A stretch of 64,000 nt of DNA from Dehalococcoidales bacterium (GTDB taxonomy: Bacteria; Chloroflexota; Dehalococcoidia; Dehalococcoidales; RBG-16-60-22). Shown piece by piece: positions 18,005-28,817 of the stretch. The notes below the pieces were generated by a model that saw only the letters and a program-made list of their open reading frames with translations, did not search any database and was not told the origin of the DNA. The stretch is from assembly GCA_002688435.1 (NCBI GenBank), contig NZCW01000030.1, positions 9,013-73,012 on the forward strand, read 5' to 3'. How positions within the stretch are numbered: position 1 is the first letter of the stretch; every line of letters begins with the position of its first letter. Made by a program: the position numbers and the translations under genes.

Positions 18005-20440
18005 CTAAAGTAGGCTTACCGGGTCAATGTCAACTGTCCAGCCACGAGATAGAGGGACTTGGGACAAAAAAGCGGAAAGCCTGGTGCCACGCAGTATTAG
18101 TTGCCAGCGGAACCGGCCGCGCAGCCGGTGAATAAAAGCTGGCGCCGGGCCAATCAGGTCGAGGTTATCTATTTCCTTGGCATCTCTTTTGGCCGCCAGT
18201 AGATCCCTTATTTTTTCCGCTTCTCGCTGACAGAGAGCATCATTGGCATGACTGTAGGTCATTTGGGCCAGTCGGGTAAAAGGAGGATTACCTAGCTGAC
18301 GCCGGTAGGTAATTTCCCGGGTATAGAAAGAGGCGTAATCATGTTGGGCGGCGGCCTGGACGGCATAATGTTCCGGGGAGTAGGTCTGGATGATAACCTG
18401 CCCGCCCAAGGCGCCGCGTCCGGCCCTGCCCGCCACCTGGCTCAGGAGTTGGAAAGTCCTCTCTCCGGCGCGGAAGTCAGGTAGGTTCAGACTGGTATCG
18501 GCGATGACTACCCCCACTAAGGTGACCGAGGGTAAGTCCAGCCCCTTGGCGACCATCTGCGTCCCGATGAGAATATCCGCCTGGTGGGCGCGGAACTTGC
18601 CCAGTATCTCCTCGTGCGCGTTCTTGTGTCGGGTAACGTCACTATCCCAGCGCAGCAGCTGGGCCCGGGGAAAAGCAGCCCGGGTTTCCTGTTCTAGTTT
18701 CTGGGTGCCGAGGCCAAGGAATTTTATCTGGCGGCCAAGGCATCGCGGGCAGGTCTCAAGTATCGGTGTTTTACGGTGGCACTGGTGGCAGACTAGGGCG
18801 TCCTCGGCCAAATGGTGGGTAAGGGTAACTTCGCAGCGCGGGCAGCGCAGCACGAAGCCGCAGTGACGGCACTGGACAAAGGTGGTCCCGCCCCGGCGGT
18901 TGAGGAATAGAATCACCTGCTCGCCGCTGGCCACGGCTCTGGTGACCGCCCGGGACAAAGAGCGGCTGAAAATACTCCGGTTTCCGGCCTTGAGCTCATT
19001 TCTCAGGTCAACTGTCTCGACCTGTGGTAGGGATGCCCCTTCGTCAGGGACAACTCGCTCCGGCAACTGGAGCAGGCGGTAGGCGCCTCTTTCCGCATGG
19101 TAAAAAGTCTCCACGTCAGGGGTAGCACTGCCTAGGATAACTACCGCTCCGGTTAGTTCTGCCAGCTTGAGAGCAGTGTCGCGGGCGTGGTAGCGGGGCG
19201 ATTTGTCTGTCTGTTTATAGGTCCACTCGTGTTCCTCGTCGATGACGATAAGTCCTAGGTTGGGCTGAGGGGTGAAAAGGGCGCTTCGAGGGCCGATAAC
19301 CACGTCAAATTCACCGCTCCGAATGCGGTACCACTCGTCAAACTGCTCACCGGGTGACAGTTTGCTGTGCTGGACGGCTACCCGATGGGGAAAGCGGGAG
19401 GCAAACCGCTCTATGGTCTGGGGAGTCAGGGAAATTTCCGGGACTAGGATAATGCCCCGTTGGCCCTGCTTTACCGTCTCGGCCAGGGCCTGCAAGTAGA
19501 TTTCGGTCTTGCCGCTACCGGTGACGCCGTGGAGCAGGAACACTCTCGGGTGGGCCCGGTCATCACGTATGACGTCTCGTACCGCCCCGAAGGCCGACTC
19601 TTGGGCGGTGGTAAGTTTCAGCGGGGAAGACAGAGTAATGTCCCGGTAGGAAATCGGCTCGCGTCTGATTTCAATCTGCCGAAAAGTGGTCAGACCTTGG
19701 CGGGCGAGTGCCTTGGCGACGGCTTTGTCGACCCCTGTCTCCTGCCGGGCTTTCGCCCAAGATACTGATCCGGACTGCCGTGCTAGGAAGTCGAGGAGGA
19801 CCGCCTGTTTCACGGCTCTTTTCCTCCGTAGGCTGTCGGCAGTGGTACGGGTATTATCGGCGGCAATATTAAGACGTAAGTAGAGTACTTTTTGGGGACT
19901 TATTTTGACCGGTTCCAGCTCGTAACTTCTGACCACGAGTCCACGTCCCACCAGCTGAGAGACGATGATGCGGACTTTCTTCCGGCCCAGCCTCTTTTCC
20001 AACTCCTTCAGGCTGACTTTACCTTGCTGGCGGACTAATTCAAGGGTCTGTCGTGAATCCGGGGAGAACGAAGAGAGGTCACCGGCATCGTGATTCGAGG
20101 CAGGCGAGATAAAGGTGAGCGGCTTCCGCTCGAATCCCGGTGGGAGCATTAAAGCGATGGCATCGAAGAGGGAGGAGAGGTAATACTCACTTATCTCGCG
20201 GGCCAGCATTACTTGGGCCGGGGATAGTAAGGGGCGAGGGTCGATAATATTAATTATTTCTCGGGTCTCTTCAACGGTAGGGTAGGGGCTTAGTTCCAGC
20301 ACGATGCCTTGGAGAGTCTTGTCACCAAAGGGGACCCACACCGCCTGTCCTGTCTGGATATTTAAACCAGAGGGTATGGCATAGCTGAATGCCCGGTATT
20401 GGGCTACCGGTGAATTGACGCTGACCTCAGCATATTTCAT
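18005..20440 (-). CDS. priA: Primosomal protein N' helicase PriA
   Basis: GVTGSGKTE, DEEH, SATP, Cys-rich zinc region and GTQMVAKGLD. Confidence 0.96.
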   Translation of the reverse strand: MKYAEVSVNSPVAQYRAFSYAIPSGLNIQTGQAVWVPFGDKTLQGIVLELSPYPTVEETREIINIIDPRPLLSPAQVMLAREISEYYLSSLFDAIALMLPPGFERKPLTFISPASNHDAGDLSSFSPDSRQTLELVRQQGKVSLKELEKRLGRKKVRIIVSQLVGRGLVVRSYELEPVKISPQKVLYLRLNIAADNTRTTADSLRRKRAVKQAVLLDFLARQSGSVSWAKARQETGVDKAVAKALARQGLTTFRQIEIRREPISYRDITLSSPLKLTTAQESAFGAVRDVIRDDRAHPRVFLLHGVTGSGKTEIYLQALAETVKQGQRGIILVPEISLTPQTIERFASRFPHRVAVQHSKLSPGEQFDEWYRIRSGEFDVVIGPRSALFTPQPNLGLIVIDEEHEWTYKQTDKSPRYHARDTALKLAELTGAVVILGSATPDVETFYHAERGAYRLLQLPERVVPDEGASLPQVETVDLRNELKAGNRSIFSRSLSRAVTRAVASGEQVILFLNRRGGTTFVQCRHCGFVLRCPRCEVTLTHHLAEDALVCHQCHRKTPILETCPRCLGRQIKFLGLGTQKLEQETRAAFPRAQLLRWDSDVTRHKNAHEEILGKFRAHQADILIGTQMVAKGLDLPSVTLVGVVIADTSLNLPDFRAGERTFQLLSQVAGRAGRGALGGQVIIQTYSPEHYAVQAAAQHDYASFYTREITYRRQLGNPPFTRLAQMTYSHANDALCQREAEKIRDLLAAKRDAKEIDNLDLIGPAPAFIHRLRGRFRWQLILRGTRLSAFLSQVPLSRGWTVDIDPVSLL

Positions 20441-20504
20441 CCTAGGCTCCAGTGGCTCCAATTTTGCCTAGCGTTGAGGGAAAAGAAGTCTTGGCTAGCC
20501 CTGG

Positions 20505-20897
20505 TTAGGTATTTCCGTTCTGATCGTCCTGAGTTTCAGGTTTCTTTCTCTGGGTGGTTCGTCTTTCCTTGATGCGGGCGGCCTTACCGCTGCGACCGCG
20601 CAGGTAATAGAGCTTGGCCCGGCGTACTTTACCGTGCCGTATTACTTCCACTTTTCCCACCAGGGGTGAATGTATAGGGAAGGTGCGCTCAACACCTACG
20701 CTGTAGGCCACGCGTCTTACCGTGAAGCTAGCGCCGATGCCACCTCTCCGTACCCTGATGACCACTCCTTGGAATGATTGGAGGCGTTCTCGCCCGCTCT
20801 CCACCACTCGGCTACTGACTCTTACCGTGTCCCCGGGGACAATCTCTGGGATATTGGGGTTTGGTGTGACTTCAATAAGTGATGCCATCATATTCAT
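20505..20897 (-). CDS. rplS: 50S ribosomal protein L19
   Basis: [14 protein letters not shown] and [10 protein letters not shown]. Confidence 0.97.
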   Translation of the reverse strand: MNMMASLIEVTPNPNIPEIVPGDTVRVSSRVVESGRERLQSFQGVVIRVRRGGIGASFTVRRVAYSVGVERTFPIHSPLVGKVEVIRHGKVRRAKLYYLRGRSGKAARIKERRTTQRKKPETQDDQNGNT

Positions 20898-21682
20898 TTG
20901 ATAGACTCCTTGTCCAGATTAAGTTTTGATTTTTTCGGTGATGAGGTTAAGCGTTCGACCAGCTGCCTTTCTGCCGGGTCTAGGTTGGTCCTGTCAAGCA
21001 GGTCCGGGCGGCGTTTCAGCGTGCGTCGGATAACCTGCTCCTGGCGCCATTGGGTGATTTGGGCATGGTTCCCAGAGAGCAGGACTTGGGGTACAAACCA
21101 TCCCCGGAATACCTCAGGGCGGGTGTACTGAGGGTATTCCAGTAGGCCGTTGGCGTGGGACTCTTCCTGTGGTGAAGCTTCCGAACCGAGGACTCCGGGC
21201 AGGAGCCGGACTACGGCATCGGTCACCACCATTGCCGGAAGTTCACCGCCGGTTAGCACGTAATCGCCAATGCTGATTTCATCGGTCACCAAGTGCTCCC
21301 GTACCCGCTCGTCGACTCCTTCATAATGGCCGCAAATCAGGATAAGATGGTCATAATTTGATAGCTCCCGGGTAATTTGCTGGGAGAAGAGGCGTCCCTG
21401 TGGCGTGAGTAAGATAATCGGCAGGTCATCGGTTTCGTCTTCAGGAAGGATTTCTGATTTGATTGACTCCACGGTCTCAAAGATAGGCTCGGGCTTGAGG
21501 ACCATACCCGGGCCGCCGCTGTAAGGGTAGTCATCAACGGTGCGGTGTTTATCGTGCGTATGGTCCCGGATATTATGCAGGTTGAGGCTGGCCAGATTAC
21601 GGTCAATAGCCCGTTTTAGGATGCCGACACTGAACGGGGTCTCAAACATCTTTGGGAACAGGGTTAGAATATCAATACGCAT
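20894..21682 (-). CDS. trmD: tRNA (guanine37-N1)-methyltransferase
   Basis: [21 protein letters not shown] and [11 protein letters not shown]. Confidence 0.97.
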   Translation of the reverse strand: MRIDILTLFPKMFETPFSVGILKRAIDRNLASLNLHNIRDHTHDKHRTVDDYPYSGGPGMVLKPEPIFETVESIKSEILPEDETDDLPIILLTPQGRLFSQQITRELSNYDHLILICGHYEGVDERVREHLVTDEISIGDYVLTGGELPAMVVTDAVVRLLPGVLGSEASPQEESHANGLLEYPQYTRPEVFRGWFVPQVLLSGNHAQITQWRQEQVIRRTLKRRPDLLDRTNLDPAERQLVERLTSSPKKSKLNLDKESIK

Positions 21683-21702
21683 TGGCTAGTCCTTTGCTCT
21701 TT

Positions 21703-22188
21703 TTAAGAGTGATCCGTAATCACTCCTTTAATAATCTCTATGGCGTGAGGAATCACTGGCAGTATTACTGCCAGACACTCACCGACGGCTTTGGGGCTGC
21801 CGGGTAGGTTGACGATAAGGCATTTCCTCCTGACGCCGGCCGTAGCCCGGCTGAGCATAGCCCTCGGTGTTTTATCTAAGGTTCCGGCCCTCATCGCTTC
21901 GGCCAGGCCGGGTACGGTCTTATCCGCGACGGAGAGAGTTGCTTCCGGGGTAACATCGCGCTGGCTCAGTCCGGTGCCGCCGGTGGTGATAATGATATCT
22001 ACGTTACCGTTATCCGCCCATTCCATTAGTTTCTGCTGGATAACGTCCAAATCGTCGGGAATAATCTCATACCTGGCGAAATGACCGTTTAAGGGCGCCA
22101 AGCTATTTTTTATTTCCTGGCCGCTTTTATCATCGCGCTGGCCCTGCGAACCCTTATCACTGATGGTGAGTATACCCACATTGAGCAT
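21703..22188 (-). CDS. MogA/MoaB molybdopterin adenylyltransferase
   Basis: TISD, TTGGTGLSQRDVTPEA and NLPGSPKAV. Confidence 0.92.
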   Translation of the reverse strand: MLNVGILTISDKGSQGQRDDKSGQEIKNSLAPLNGHFARYEIIPDDLDVIQQKLMEWADNGNVDIIITTGGTGLSQRDVTPEATLSVADKTVPGLAEAMRAGTLDKTPRAMLSRATAGVRRKCLIVNLPGSPKAVGECLAVILPVIPHAIEIIKGVITDHS

Positions 22189-22277
22189 AAAATTACCTTT
22201 CTCGAAACAGATTTATTTTACCACATGCGAGGTGCAACGTAAAATTTATTATTTTTTATAAAAAAGTGCAAAAGGGC

Positions 22278-22341
22278 TTGACAAAGGAGGGGAAACGTGT
22301 TATAAAATGGCGAATAGTGGTAGATAGTGGGGAAATAAGGG
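22278..22341 (+). promoter_or_regulatory. mraZ promoter with 10-bp-periodic MraZ-box-like repeats
   Basis: TTGACA-17bp-TATAAA, then TGG cores at 22308, 22318 and 22328 (AGG at 22338), matching the periodic TGGG-type MraZ operator. Confidence 0.75.
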
Positions 22342-22364
22342 AAGGCTAGCTGGGGAATTGGAAA

Positions 22365-22796
22365 ATGTTTTTCGGTGAATTTGAATACAAGATTGACGAA
22401 AAAGGCAGAATGCCGGTGCCGCCTCGGTTCCGGAGAGAACTGAAAGACGGAGTGGTGCTGACGCCTTGTACGGAAAAATGCATCAAAGCCTATACATTAT
22501 CTGAATGGAAGAAACTAGCGACCACGCTTACCGGGAATTCGCTGACGCCAAACAACAAGATGAGGAGGTTAAATCGGGCTGTTTTTGCCACCACCTTCAG
22601 CGTTAATATCGACGGTCAGGGCAGGGTGGCCCTCCCGATACCGCTCCGGGAGTATGCGGAGATTATGGATGAAGTGATCATCATTGGAGCTAATACTTAT
22701 CTTGAGATATGGAATAAAATGCTTTGGGAAGAGGAGAAAGCAGCTAGCCAGGAGCAGGCTTGGCAAATAATAGAGAGCTTAGAAGAGAGGCATTAA
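22365..22796 (+). CDS. mraZ: Transcriptional regulator MraZ
   Basis: [15 protein letters not shown]...IDGQGRV...YLEIW. Confidence 0.96.
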   Translation: MFFGEFEYKIDEKGRMPVPPRFRRELKDGVVLTPCTEKCIKAYTLSEWKKLATTLTGNSLTPNNKMRRLNRAVFATTFSVNIDGQGRVALPIPLREYAEIMDEVIIIGANTYLEIWNKMLWEEEKAASQEQAWQIIESLEERH

Positions 22797-23851
22797 TGAG
22801 TCCGGATAAACCGATCTCTAGCCATGTTCCTGTTCTGCTCGAGGAAACAGTGGAAGCACTGGCTGTCCAGCCTGGGGGACGGTATATTGATTGTACTCTG
22901 GGGGGAGGCGGTCATGCTAGGGCTATTTTAGAGCGCAGTTCACCCGGTGGACAATTGCTGGGTATTGACGCTAACCCTGACGCCATTAAAATAGCTAAGA
23001 CTAATCTTGGATCCTATCGTAACTCATACCGGCTGGTGAATGAAAACTTTGTTAACCTGCAGGCTGTCTGCGTTAAGTATGATTTCTCCCCGGTGCATGG
23101 TATCTTGTTTGACCTAGGGCTTTCATCCTTTCAGCTTAACGGGAACGGGCGCGGTTTCAGTTTTCAGTATGATGCACCGCTGGACATGCGGTTCAGTCCC
23201 GACCAAGAAGTGACCGCAGCTAACATCGTTAATACTTTATCGGAAGTTGACTTGGCTCGCTATATCAGAATGTATGGCGAAGAGAACTACAGTCACTTGG
23301 TGGCACGGCATATCGTGAAGGAACGGCCGATAAACTCTACCCTTCATTTGGCCCAAGTGATTGAGCGAGCTATCGGTCAGAGGCGTGGTAAAATCCACCC
23401 GGCCACTAGGACCTTTCAGGCACTGCGTATAATGGTTAACCGAGAGCTGGAGAATCTTGGCGTTGCACTGAGACAGGCGGTTAATCTTCTTGGTTTCGAA
23501 GGTAGGTTAGTCGTTATCAGCTATCACTCTCTGGAAGATCGCATTGTCAAGCAGTTTCTGCAACAGGAGGCGAGAGATTGTATTTGTCCGCCAGGTGTGC
23601 CGGTTTGCATTTGTGGGCATAAGGCGCAACTGAGACTGGTCCATAAAAAAGTTATTGTCCCTTCTCCCGCCGAGATTCGGCATAATCAGCGAAGTCGGAG
23701 TGCTAGATTAAGAGTTGTCGAACGGATTATTGCTCAGGAAGATTGCGATAACCGCGCCGAGATGGAAAGGGTTTTAATTGGGGCTAATGTCGGTACTTGG
23801 AGAAGGCCATTCCTGGTGAAAAAGCTCCAGGTAATCTTTGCCGCGGCCTAG
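22796..23851 (+). CDS. rsmH: 16S rRNA m4C1402 methyltransferase RsmH
   Basis: [34 protein letters not shown] and [13 protein letters not shown] overlap with mraZ. Confidence 0.96.
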   Translation: MSPDKPISSHVPVLLEETVEALAVQPGGRYIDCTLGGGGHARAILERSSPGGQLLGIDANPDAIKIAKTNLGSYRNSYRLVNENFVNLQAVCVKYDFSPVHGILFDLGLSSFQLNGNGRGFSFQYDAPLDMRFSPDQEVTAANIVNTLSEVDLARYIRMYGEENYSHLVARHIVKERPINSTLHLAQVIERAIGQRRGKIHPATRTFQALRIMVNRELENLGVALRQAVNLLGFEGRLVVISYHSLEDRIVKQFLQQEARDCICPPGVPVCICGHKAQLRLVHKKVIVPSPAEIRHNQRSRSARLRVVERIIAQEDCDNRAEMERVLIGANVGTWRRPFLVKKLQVIFAAA

Positions 23852-23947
23852 GTCGGCCATAGGCTTCGGGATTATGGATAAGGAGGTTCTGGAGATGTGA
23901 AAGCTAACATAATTCGGAGAACCTTAATTTAGTAAAAGGAGGGTCAG

Positions 23948-25165
23948 ATGAAAGAACGGACGATTGCTTCAATTGATGTTGGCACTACCAAGGTGTGTAC
24001 CACGATTGCTGACGTGAATGGTAGTGGCGCCTTACAGGTTGTGGGCGTGGGTATTGTGCCATCGGTAGGTCTGCACAAGGGACTGGTGGTCAATATTAGT
24101 GAAGCCAGAGAGTCAATTCGTGAATCAGTGAAAAAAGCGGAACAGGCCTGTAACTATAAAATCGACTCGGCCTATATCGGTGTCACCGGGAGGCACGTTG
24201 CCTCGTCGAATAACCGAGGAGTGGTGGCCATTACTCGTAATGACCGGATAGTGCGTCCCGATGACCTGAGGCGTGTTCTCGCTTCTGCCCAGAGTATCAA
24301 GGTGCCTAATGACCGGAAACTGCTCCACGTTATTCCCCGGTCTTACGGCGTTGATGGTCAAGCAGGAGTCGAGAATCCGGTGGGCCTGTCCGCCTTCAGA
24401 CTTGATGTGGAGACTCACGTTATTACAGCCGCTGAAACCTCACTTCGGAACCTGGTAAAATGTGTCCGCAGCATCGGTATAGACACGGAAGACCTCGTCC
24501 TAGAGCCTTTAGCCAGTAGTGAGGCGGTATTGACCCCAGATGAGAAGCAAGTGGGTGTTATCCTGGCAGATATCGGTGGTGGGACTACCGATGTGGCTGT
24601 CTTCAAGGACGGGAGTATCTGGCATACTTCTATTTTGCCCGTCGCTGGCTACCAGCTCACCAGAGATATCTCCATTGGCTTGGGTCTGCCGTTTGACGTG
24701 GCTGAGGAGATGAAGAAAAGGTATGGCAGCGTTATTCCGGTTTACGAAAAGAAGACAGAAAGTAAAGCTATTTCTCAAGACGGGCATGGTGCTTCCTATC
24801 AGGACCTGTGCGACATTATTCGGGCTCGAGTTGAAGAAATAATGAAACTTATTCTACTAGAGCTGCCAACCTCTGAATATGAAACACTGGTTCCGGCCGG
24901 CCTGGTCTTTACCGGCGGTAGTTCTAATCTAGCCGGCATGGCTACCATGGGGCGCGATTTACTGCAACTTCCGGTTAGGGTAGGTACTCCAGCCAGCTTG
25001 CCCGGTATCAGTGATAGTCTCTGCGATCCGGCTTATGCCACCAGCGTAGGTCTAGTGCTGTGGGGGGCTAGAAATTCGGGTCGGCAAATATGGCGGTCCC
25101 GGAGATTCGGCACTGCTTTACGGCGTTTGGCTTTGCGTATTACCGATGTTTTCGCTAGAAAATAA
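23948..25165 (+). CDS. ftsA: Cell division protein FtsA
   Basis: IDVGTTK, DIGGGTTD and VFTGGSS. Confidence 0.96.
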   Translation: MKERTIASIDVGTTKVCTTIADVNGSGALQVVGVGIVPSVGLHKGLVVNISEARESIRESVKKAEQACNYKIDSAYIGVTGRHVASSNNRGVVAITRNDRIVRPDDLRRVLASAQSIKVPNDRKLLHVIPRSYGVDGQAGVENPVGLSAFRLDVETHVITAAETSLRNLVKCVRSIGIDTEDLVLEPLASSEAVLTPDEKQVGVILADIGGGTTDVAVFKDGSIWHTSILPVAGYQLTRDISIGLGLPFDVAEEMKKRYGSVIPVYEKKTESKAISQDGHGASYQDLCDIIRARVEEIMKLILLELPTSEYETLVPAGLVFTGGSSNLAGMATMGRDLLQLPVRVGTPASLPGISDSLCDPAYATSVGLVLWGARNSGRQIWRSRRFGTALRRLALRITDVFARK

Positions 25166-25209
25166 AAGAAGATTCCTTGAAATCATAGAGAAAAAAGAGG
25201 AGGCGGAGA

Positions 25210-26349
25210 ATGGCAAAATCAAGTTTTGTGGCTAATCCAGCAAAAATTAAGGTGATTGGTCTGGGAGGTGGTGGTAGTAACGCTATCACCCGTATGGTCA
25301 GGGAGGAAATTCAAGGGGTGGAATTCATTGCCATGAATACTGATGCCCAGGCCCTGGCGGTGACCGAAGCCCCAGTCCGGGTGCAGCTTGGCGAGAAATT
25401 AACCAGAGGACTCGGAGTTGGCGGTGACCATGATCTGGGCCAGAAGGCGGCCGAGGAGAGTCGTGACGAGCTTTCCCGACTCGTTTCCGGGGCAGACATG
25501 GTGTTTCTTACCGGCGGTATGGGCGGTGGTACGGGTACGGGGTCGGCACCGGTTGTCGCCGAAATCGCCATGCAGAGTGGTGCACTTACCATAGCCGTGG
25601 TCACTAAACCATTCGCTTTCGAAGGCGCTCACCGCACCCAGGTGGCTAATGAAGGTATTACCCGCCTGCTGGGAAAGGTTGATACCCTGATCATTATTCC
25701 TAATGATAAGTTACTGGGTCTATGCGACCAGAAGACAGGTGTGGACAGCGCTTTCAAGTTGGCCGACGATGTCCTGCGGCACGGCGTCCAGGCGATTGCC
25801 GAGGTTATTACTACCCCCGGCATGATTAACCTCGACTTTGCCGATGTTAAGTCGATAATGAAGGATGCCGGTCCGGCCTGGATGTCCATGGGTAGAGGAT
25901 CAGGGCAGAACCGAGCGATAGAGGCGGCCAAAGAGGCTTTATCTAGCCCTCTTCTGGATGTTTCCATTAACGGGTCAAAGGCAGTACTGTTCAATGTCGT
26001 CGGTGGTACCAGTCTCACTCTGTTTGAAGTGAACGAAGCCGCTGATGTCATTAAGGAAGCCGTGGATCCCGAGGCTAACATCATATTCGGCGTTGCTCAT
26101 GAGGCGGCGATGGATAATGATGTCCGGATTACCTTGATTGCCACCGGTTTCATTGCCAAACTGGGACTGACCGGCGCCAGCGAGGAAGACGAGCTGACGC
26201 AGATGCTTAAGGGTCTGAAGAGTGAAGAAGAGTTGGATATTCCGTCATTCCTGCGCCGCCCGGTATATAGTCATCGGCGGCAGGCAATGACCTCCTCGGT
26301 TAAATCGGTCCAGCCACCCTTGATAAAGGCTCCGGACACCACCAGTTAG
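25210..26349 (+). CDS. ftsZ: Cell division protein FtsZ
   Basis: GGGGSNA, GMGGGTGTG, NLDFAD and C-terminal LDIPSFLRR. Confidence 0.98.
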   Translation: MAKSSFVANPAKIKVIGLGGGGSNAITRMVREEIQGVEFIAMNTDAQALAVTEAPVRVQLGEKLTRGLGVGGDHDLGQKAAEESRDELSRLVSGADMVFLTGGMGGGTGTGSAPVVAEIAMQSGALTIAVVTKPFAFEGAHRTQVANEGITRLLGKVDTLIIIPNDKLLGLCDQKTGVDSAFKLADDVLRHGVQAIAEVITTPGMINLDFADVKSIMKDAGPAWMSMGRGSGQNRAIEAAKEALSSPLLDVSINGSKAVLFNVVGGTSLTLFEVNEAADVIKEAVDPEANIIFGVAHEAAMDNDVRITLIATGFIAKLGLTGASEEDELTQMLKGLKSEEELDIPSFLRRPVYSHRRQAMTSSVKSVQPPLIKAPDTTS

Positions 26350-26496
26350 CCTTGATGACGGGTTTGCCTTCCACAGAAAGCCTGGTGGACTAACCGAAGT
26401 TATCCGGAAGTTAAGACGAGTGGCTATTGGGGGTGGGCTGGTGTTTGGTGTTGGTAAAAATAAGCAGTAAGATTGCTTACTACGGAGCGTATTGGT

Positions 26497-26664
26497 ATGG
26501 CGGCGGTACTGAACGGGTCAAGCGGGAAGAAAGGAAATCGGAAAGGTGACCGGCGGCAGTTTAGCTTTTGTCCCCTGTGTGGCCAGGAGAGATTCGAAAA
26601 GCTCCTAGATACCCGAAGCCCTAAGGGTTACGGATGTTGCCGCTGTTACTGCGACCTAATGTAG
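26497..26664 (+). CDS. Possible small Cys-rich protein
   Basis: MAAVLNG...FCPLCGQ...GCCRCYCDLM, with GGAG upstream. Short and without recognised homology. Confidence 0.35.
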   Translation: MAAVLNGSSGKKGNRKGDRRQFSFCPLCGQERFEKLLDTRSPKGYGCCRCYCDLM

Positions 26665-26780
26665 GTAGTCTGCAGGTTAACAAAGTTTTCATTCACCAGT
26701 ACCATCATTGACAATTCTTTTTCCAGCCATTATCCTATTATGCTGTAACTGTCTGGGGTATATTTTGTTTTAGAGCAGGC

Positions 26781-27335
26781 ATGCGAGTTATTGCTGGTAA
26801 GGCGAAAGGGCATCAACTGAAAGCGCCGAAGGGCACCATCACCCGCCCGGCTACGGATTTAGTCCGCGGAGCGATATTTTCTATCTTGGAAAATATGACT
26901 GATGATTGGGCGCAGGTGCTTGATTTATTCTCGGGTAGTGGGGCGTTGGGTATCGAGGCTTTAAGCCGGGGCGCCGGCTGGGTCGATTTTGTGGAACGTG
27001 TGCCGCGATGTTGTGGTATAATTAAGCAGAATTTAGAGAAAACACAATTTAGTGCGCAGGCTCGTATTTATGGCTGTAGTGTGGCTAAGGCACTTTCCTT
27101 TCTTGATAAGGAGTACGGTATCATACTGATGGATCCTCCGTATGCTAATTCGACTATCGGGAAACTGATAGTGCAACTGGCAACCTCCAGACTGGTTGGG
27201 CCCGACTCAGTAGTCGTGGTAACGCATTCACCGCGCCTGTTTTTAAATCTAACTTATGCCACGTTAAACCTGATTAAAGAGCATCGTCATGGTGATAGCT
27301 GTATTAATGTGTATGTGAAAGGAAGTGCCGTTTGA
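26781..27335 (+). CDS. rsmD: 16S rRNA m2G966 methyltransferase RsmD
   Basis: MRVIAGKAKG, LDLFSGSGALGIEALSRGA and DPPY. Confidence 0.94.
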   Translation: MRVIAGKAKGHQLKAPKGTITRPATDLVRGAIFSILENMTDDWAQVLDLFSGSGALGIEALSRGAGWVDFVERVPRCCGIIKQNLEKTQFSAQARIYGCSVAKALSFLDKEYGIILMDPPYANSTIGKLIVQLATSRLVGPDSVVVVTHSPRLFLNLTYATLNLIKEHRHGDSCINVYVKGSAV

Positions 27336-27817
27336 CGCTTGCGGTCTATCCCGGTACCTTTGACCCGATAACTAACGGTCATCTTGATATTGTCACCCGG
27401 GCCGCCAGGCTGTTTGATCGGATAATCATCGGGGTCTTTGCCCGGGCGAACAAACACCTTTTTTTCACTACGGAAGAAAGAATGGGCTTGGCCCGGCAAG
27501 CAGTGGTCCATCTGTCCAATGTGGAGGTAAAATCTTTCCATGGTCTTACGGTTGATTTTGCCAGACAGGAAAAAGCACAGGTGATGATACGCGGGCTGAG
27601 AATGAACGCTGACTTTGAGAAGGAATTTGAGATGGCCATGATGAACCGTAAACTATCTCCTGACTTGGACATGTTTTGCCTGATGGCCAGTCAGGAATAC
27701 CAGTTCCTTAGTTCTAGTCTGCTTAAAGAGGTGGCCCGTCTGGAAGGTAATATCAGTGACCTTGTCCCCGAGCACGTCGCCGAAGCTTTAAGAAAGAAGG
27801 TTCAGAGTAAAATGTAG
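27332..27817 (+). CDS. coaD: Phosphopantetheine adenylyltransferase
   Basis: YPGTFDPITNGH, IRGLR and SSSLLKE. Confidence 0.96.
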   Translation: MTLAVYPGTFDPITNGHLDIVTRAARLFDRIIIGVFARANKHLFFTTEERMGLARQAVVHLSNVEVKSFHGLTVDFARQEKAQVMIRGLRMNADFEKEFEMAMMNRKLSPDLDMFCLMASQEYQFLSSSLLKEVARLEGNISDLVPEHVAEALRKKVQSKM

Positions 27818-27892
27818 GAGTATTTTCTGCTTGCCGTGGTACCACTGGTATAAATTGGTTCTTAGCGGAAAAATGAGGAGGTAAATAAATTA

Positions 27893-28156
27893 ATGGCGTA
27901 CCTGATTAATGATGAGTGCATTAGCTGTGGAGCCTGTGAGCCGGAATGTCCGAACGAGGCAATCAGTGAAGGGGAGACGATCTACATAATTGACTCGGCT
28001 AAGTGTACCGAGTGCGTTGGCTCTTTTGAGTCTTCCCGCTGTGTGGAAGTTTGCCCGGTTGATTCCTGTGTACTTGATACGGCCCATGAGGAGAGCCGGG
28101 AGCAGCTGCTGGAGAAGTGGCAGAAGTTACATCCCGGTGAAACCTCGGCAACCTAG
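27893..28156 (+). CDS. 2x[4Fe-4S] ferredoxin (YfhL-like)
   Basis: CISCGACEPECP and CTECVG....CVEVCP. Confidence 0.93.
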   Translation: MAYLINDECISCGACEPECPNEAISEGETIYIIDSAKCTECVGSFESSRCVEVCPVDSCVLDTAHEESREQLLEKWQKLHPGETSAT

Positions 28157-28243
28157 TAAAGGCCTTACCCGGTTCGAACCAATGGTAAAACTTATATCGT
28201 TGGCACTGGTGAACCGGCGGAAACCGACCGTTTTCTCTGGCGC

Positions 28244-28735
28244 TTAGTGGAAGAATGAGCGTATTGAGTTGAACTCTTCTGGTAGCAGGGCCAGTATCAT
28301 CGGGAAGCGGTCTAATAGTAGGATGGCTAAGGCTGATTCGGCCACCGGGCCCGATGGACCGAGGAATTTTACCCAGGTGGCCAGCAGGGCGGCACAGAAT
28401 ATGGCCCCCATAACCAATCCGAAAACCGCGCCGCCGAGTCGGTTGACCCAGCCCAGCGTGACTCTTGACGTTAGCCACTTCAGCACGGAAGCGCTTACCC
28501 CGGTGATTATCATGACCACCACTAGGATAATGGCAAAGGCGGTAATTCTGGCGAGACTACTCTGTGGAATAAAAGTTAGCTGCTCGGCCAGAGTAACGTA
28601 AAAACGTCCGGCCAAGATGATCCCGATGATTAACCCCGTCAAGGTTAAAGCGGCCTTGATAAGCCCGGTCCTGAGGCCGGTCAAGGTCGGAATGGCGATC
28701 AGTACGATAATAACGATATCAAACCAGTTCATCAT
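28244..28735 (-). CDS. CvpA family membrane protein
   Basis: MNWFDIVII start and NRLGGAVFGL. Confidence 0.88.
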   Translation of the reverse strand: MMNWFDIVIIVLIAIPTLTGLRTGLIKAALTLTGLIIGIILAGRFYVTLAEQLTFIPQSSLARITAFAIILVVVMIITGVSASVLKWLTSRVTLGWVNRLGGAVFGLVMGAIFCAALLATWVKFLGPSGPVAESALAILLLDRFPMILALLPEEFNSIRSFFH

Positions 28736-28817
28736 TGTTTAGCCTCACCCCCGGGATAATTTGGTGGCGTTATCTCTTTTCAACCATCTTTTAGTATGGC
28801 TAATTTTACCACATTTT

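Noticed and set aside
28160-28240. tRNA suggested by GGTTCGAACC
   Set aside because: No cloverleaf or acceptor stem can be built around it.
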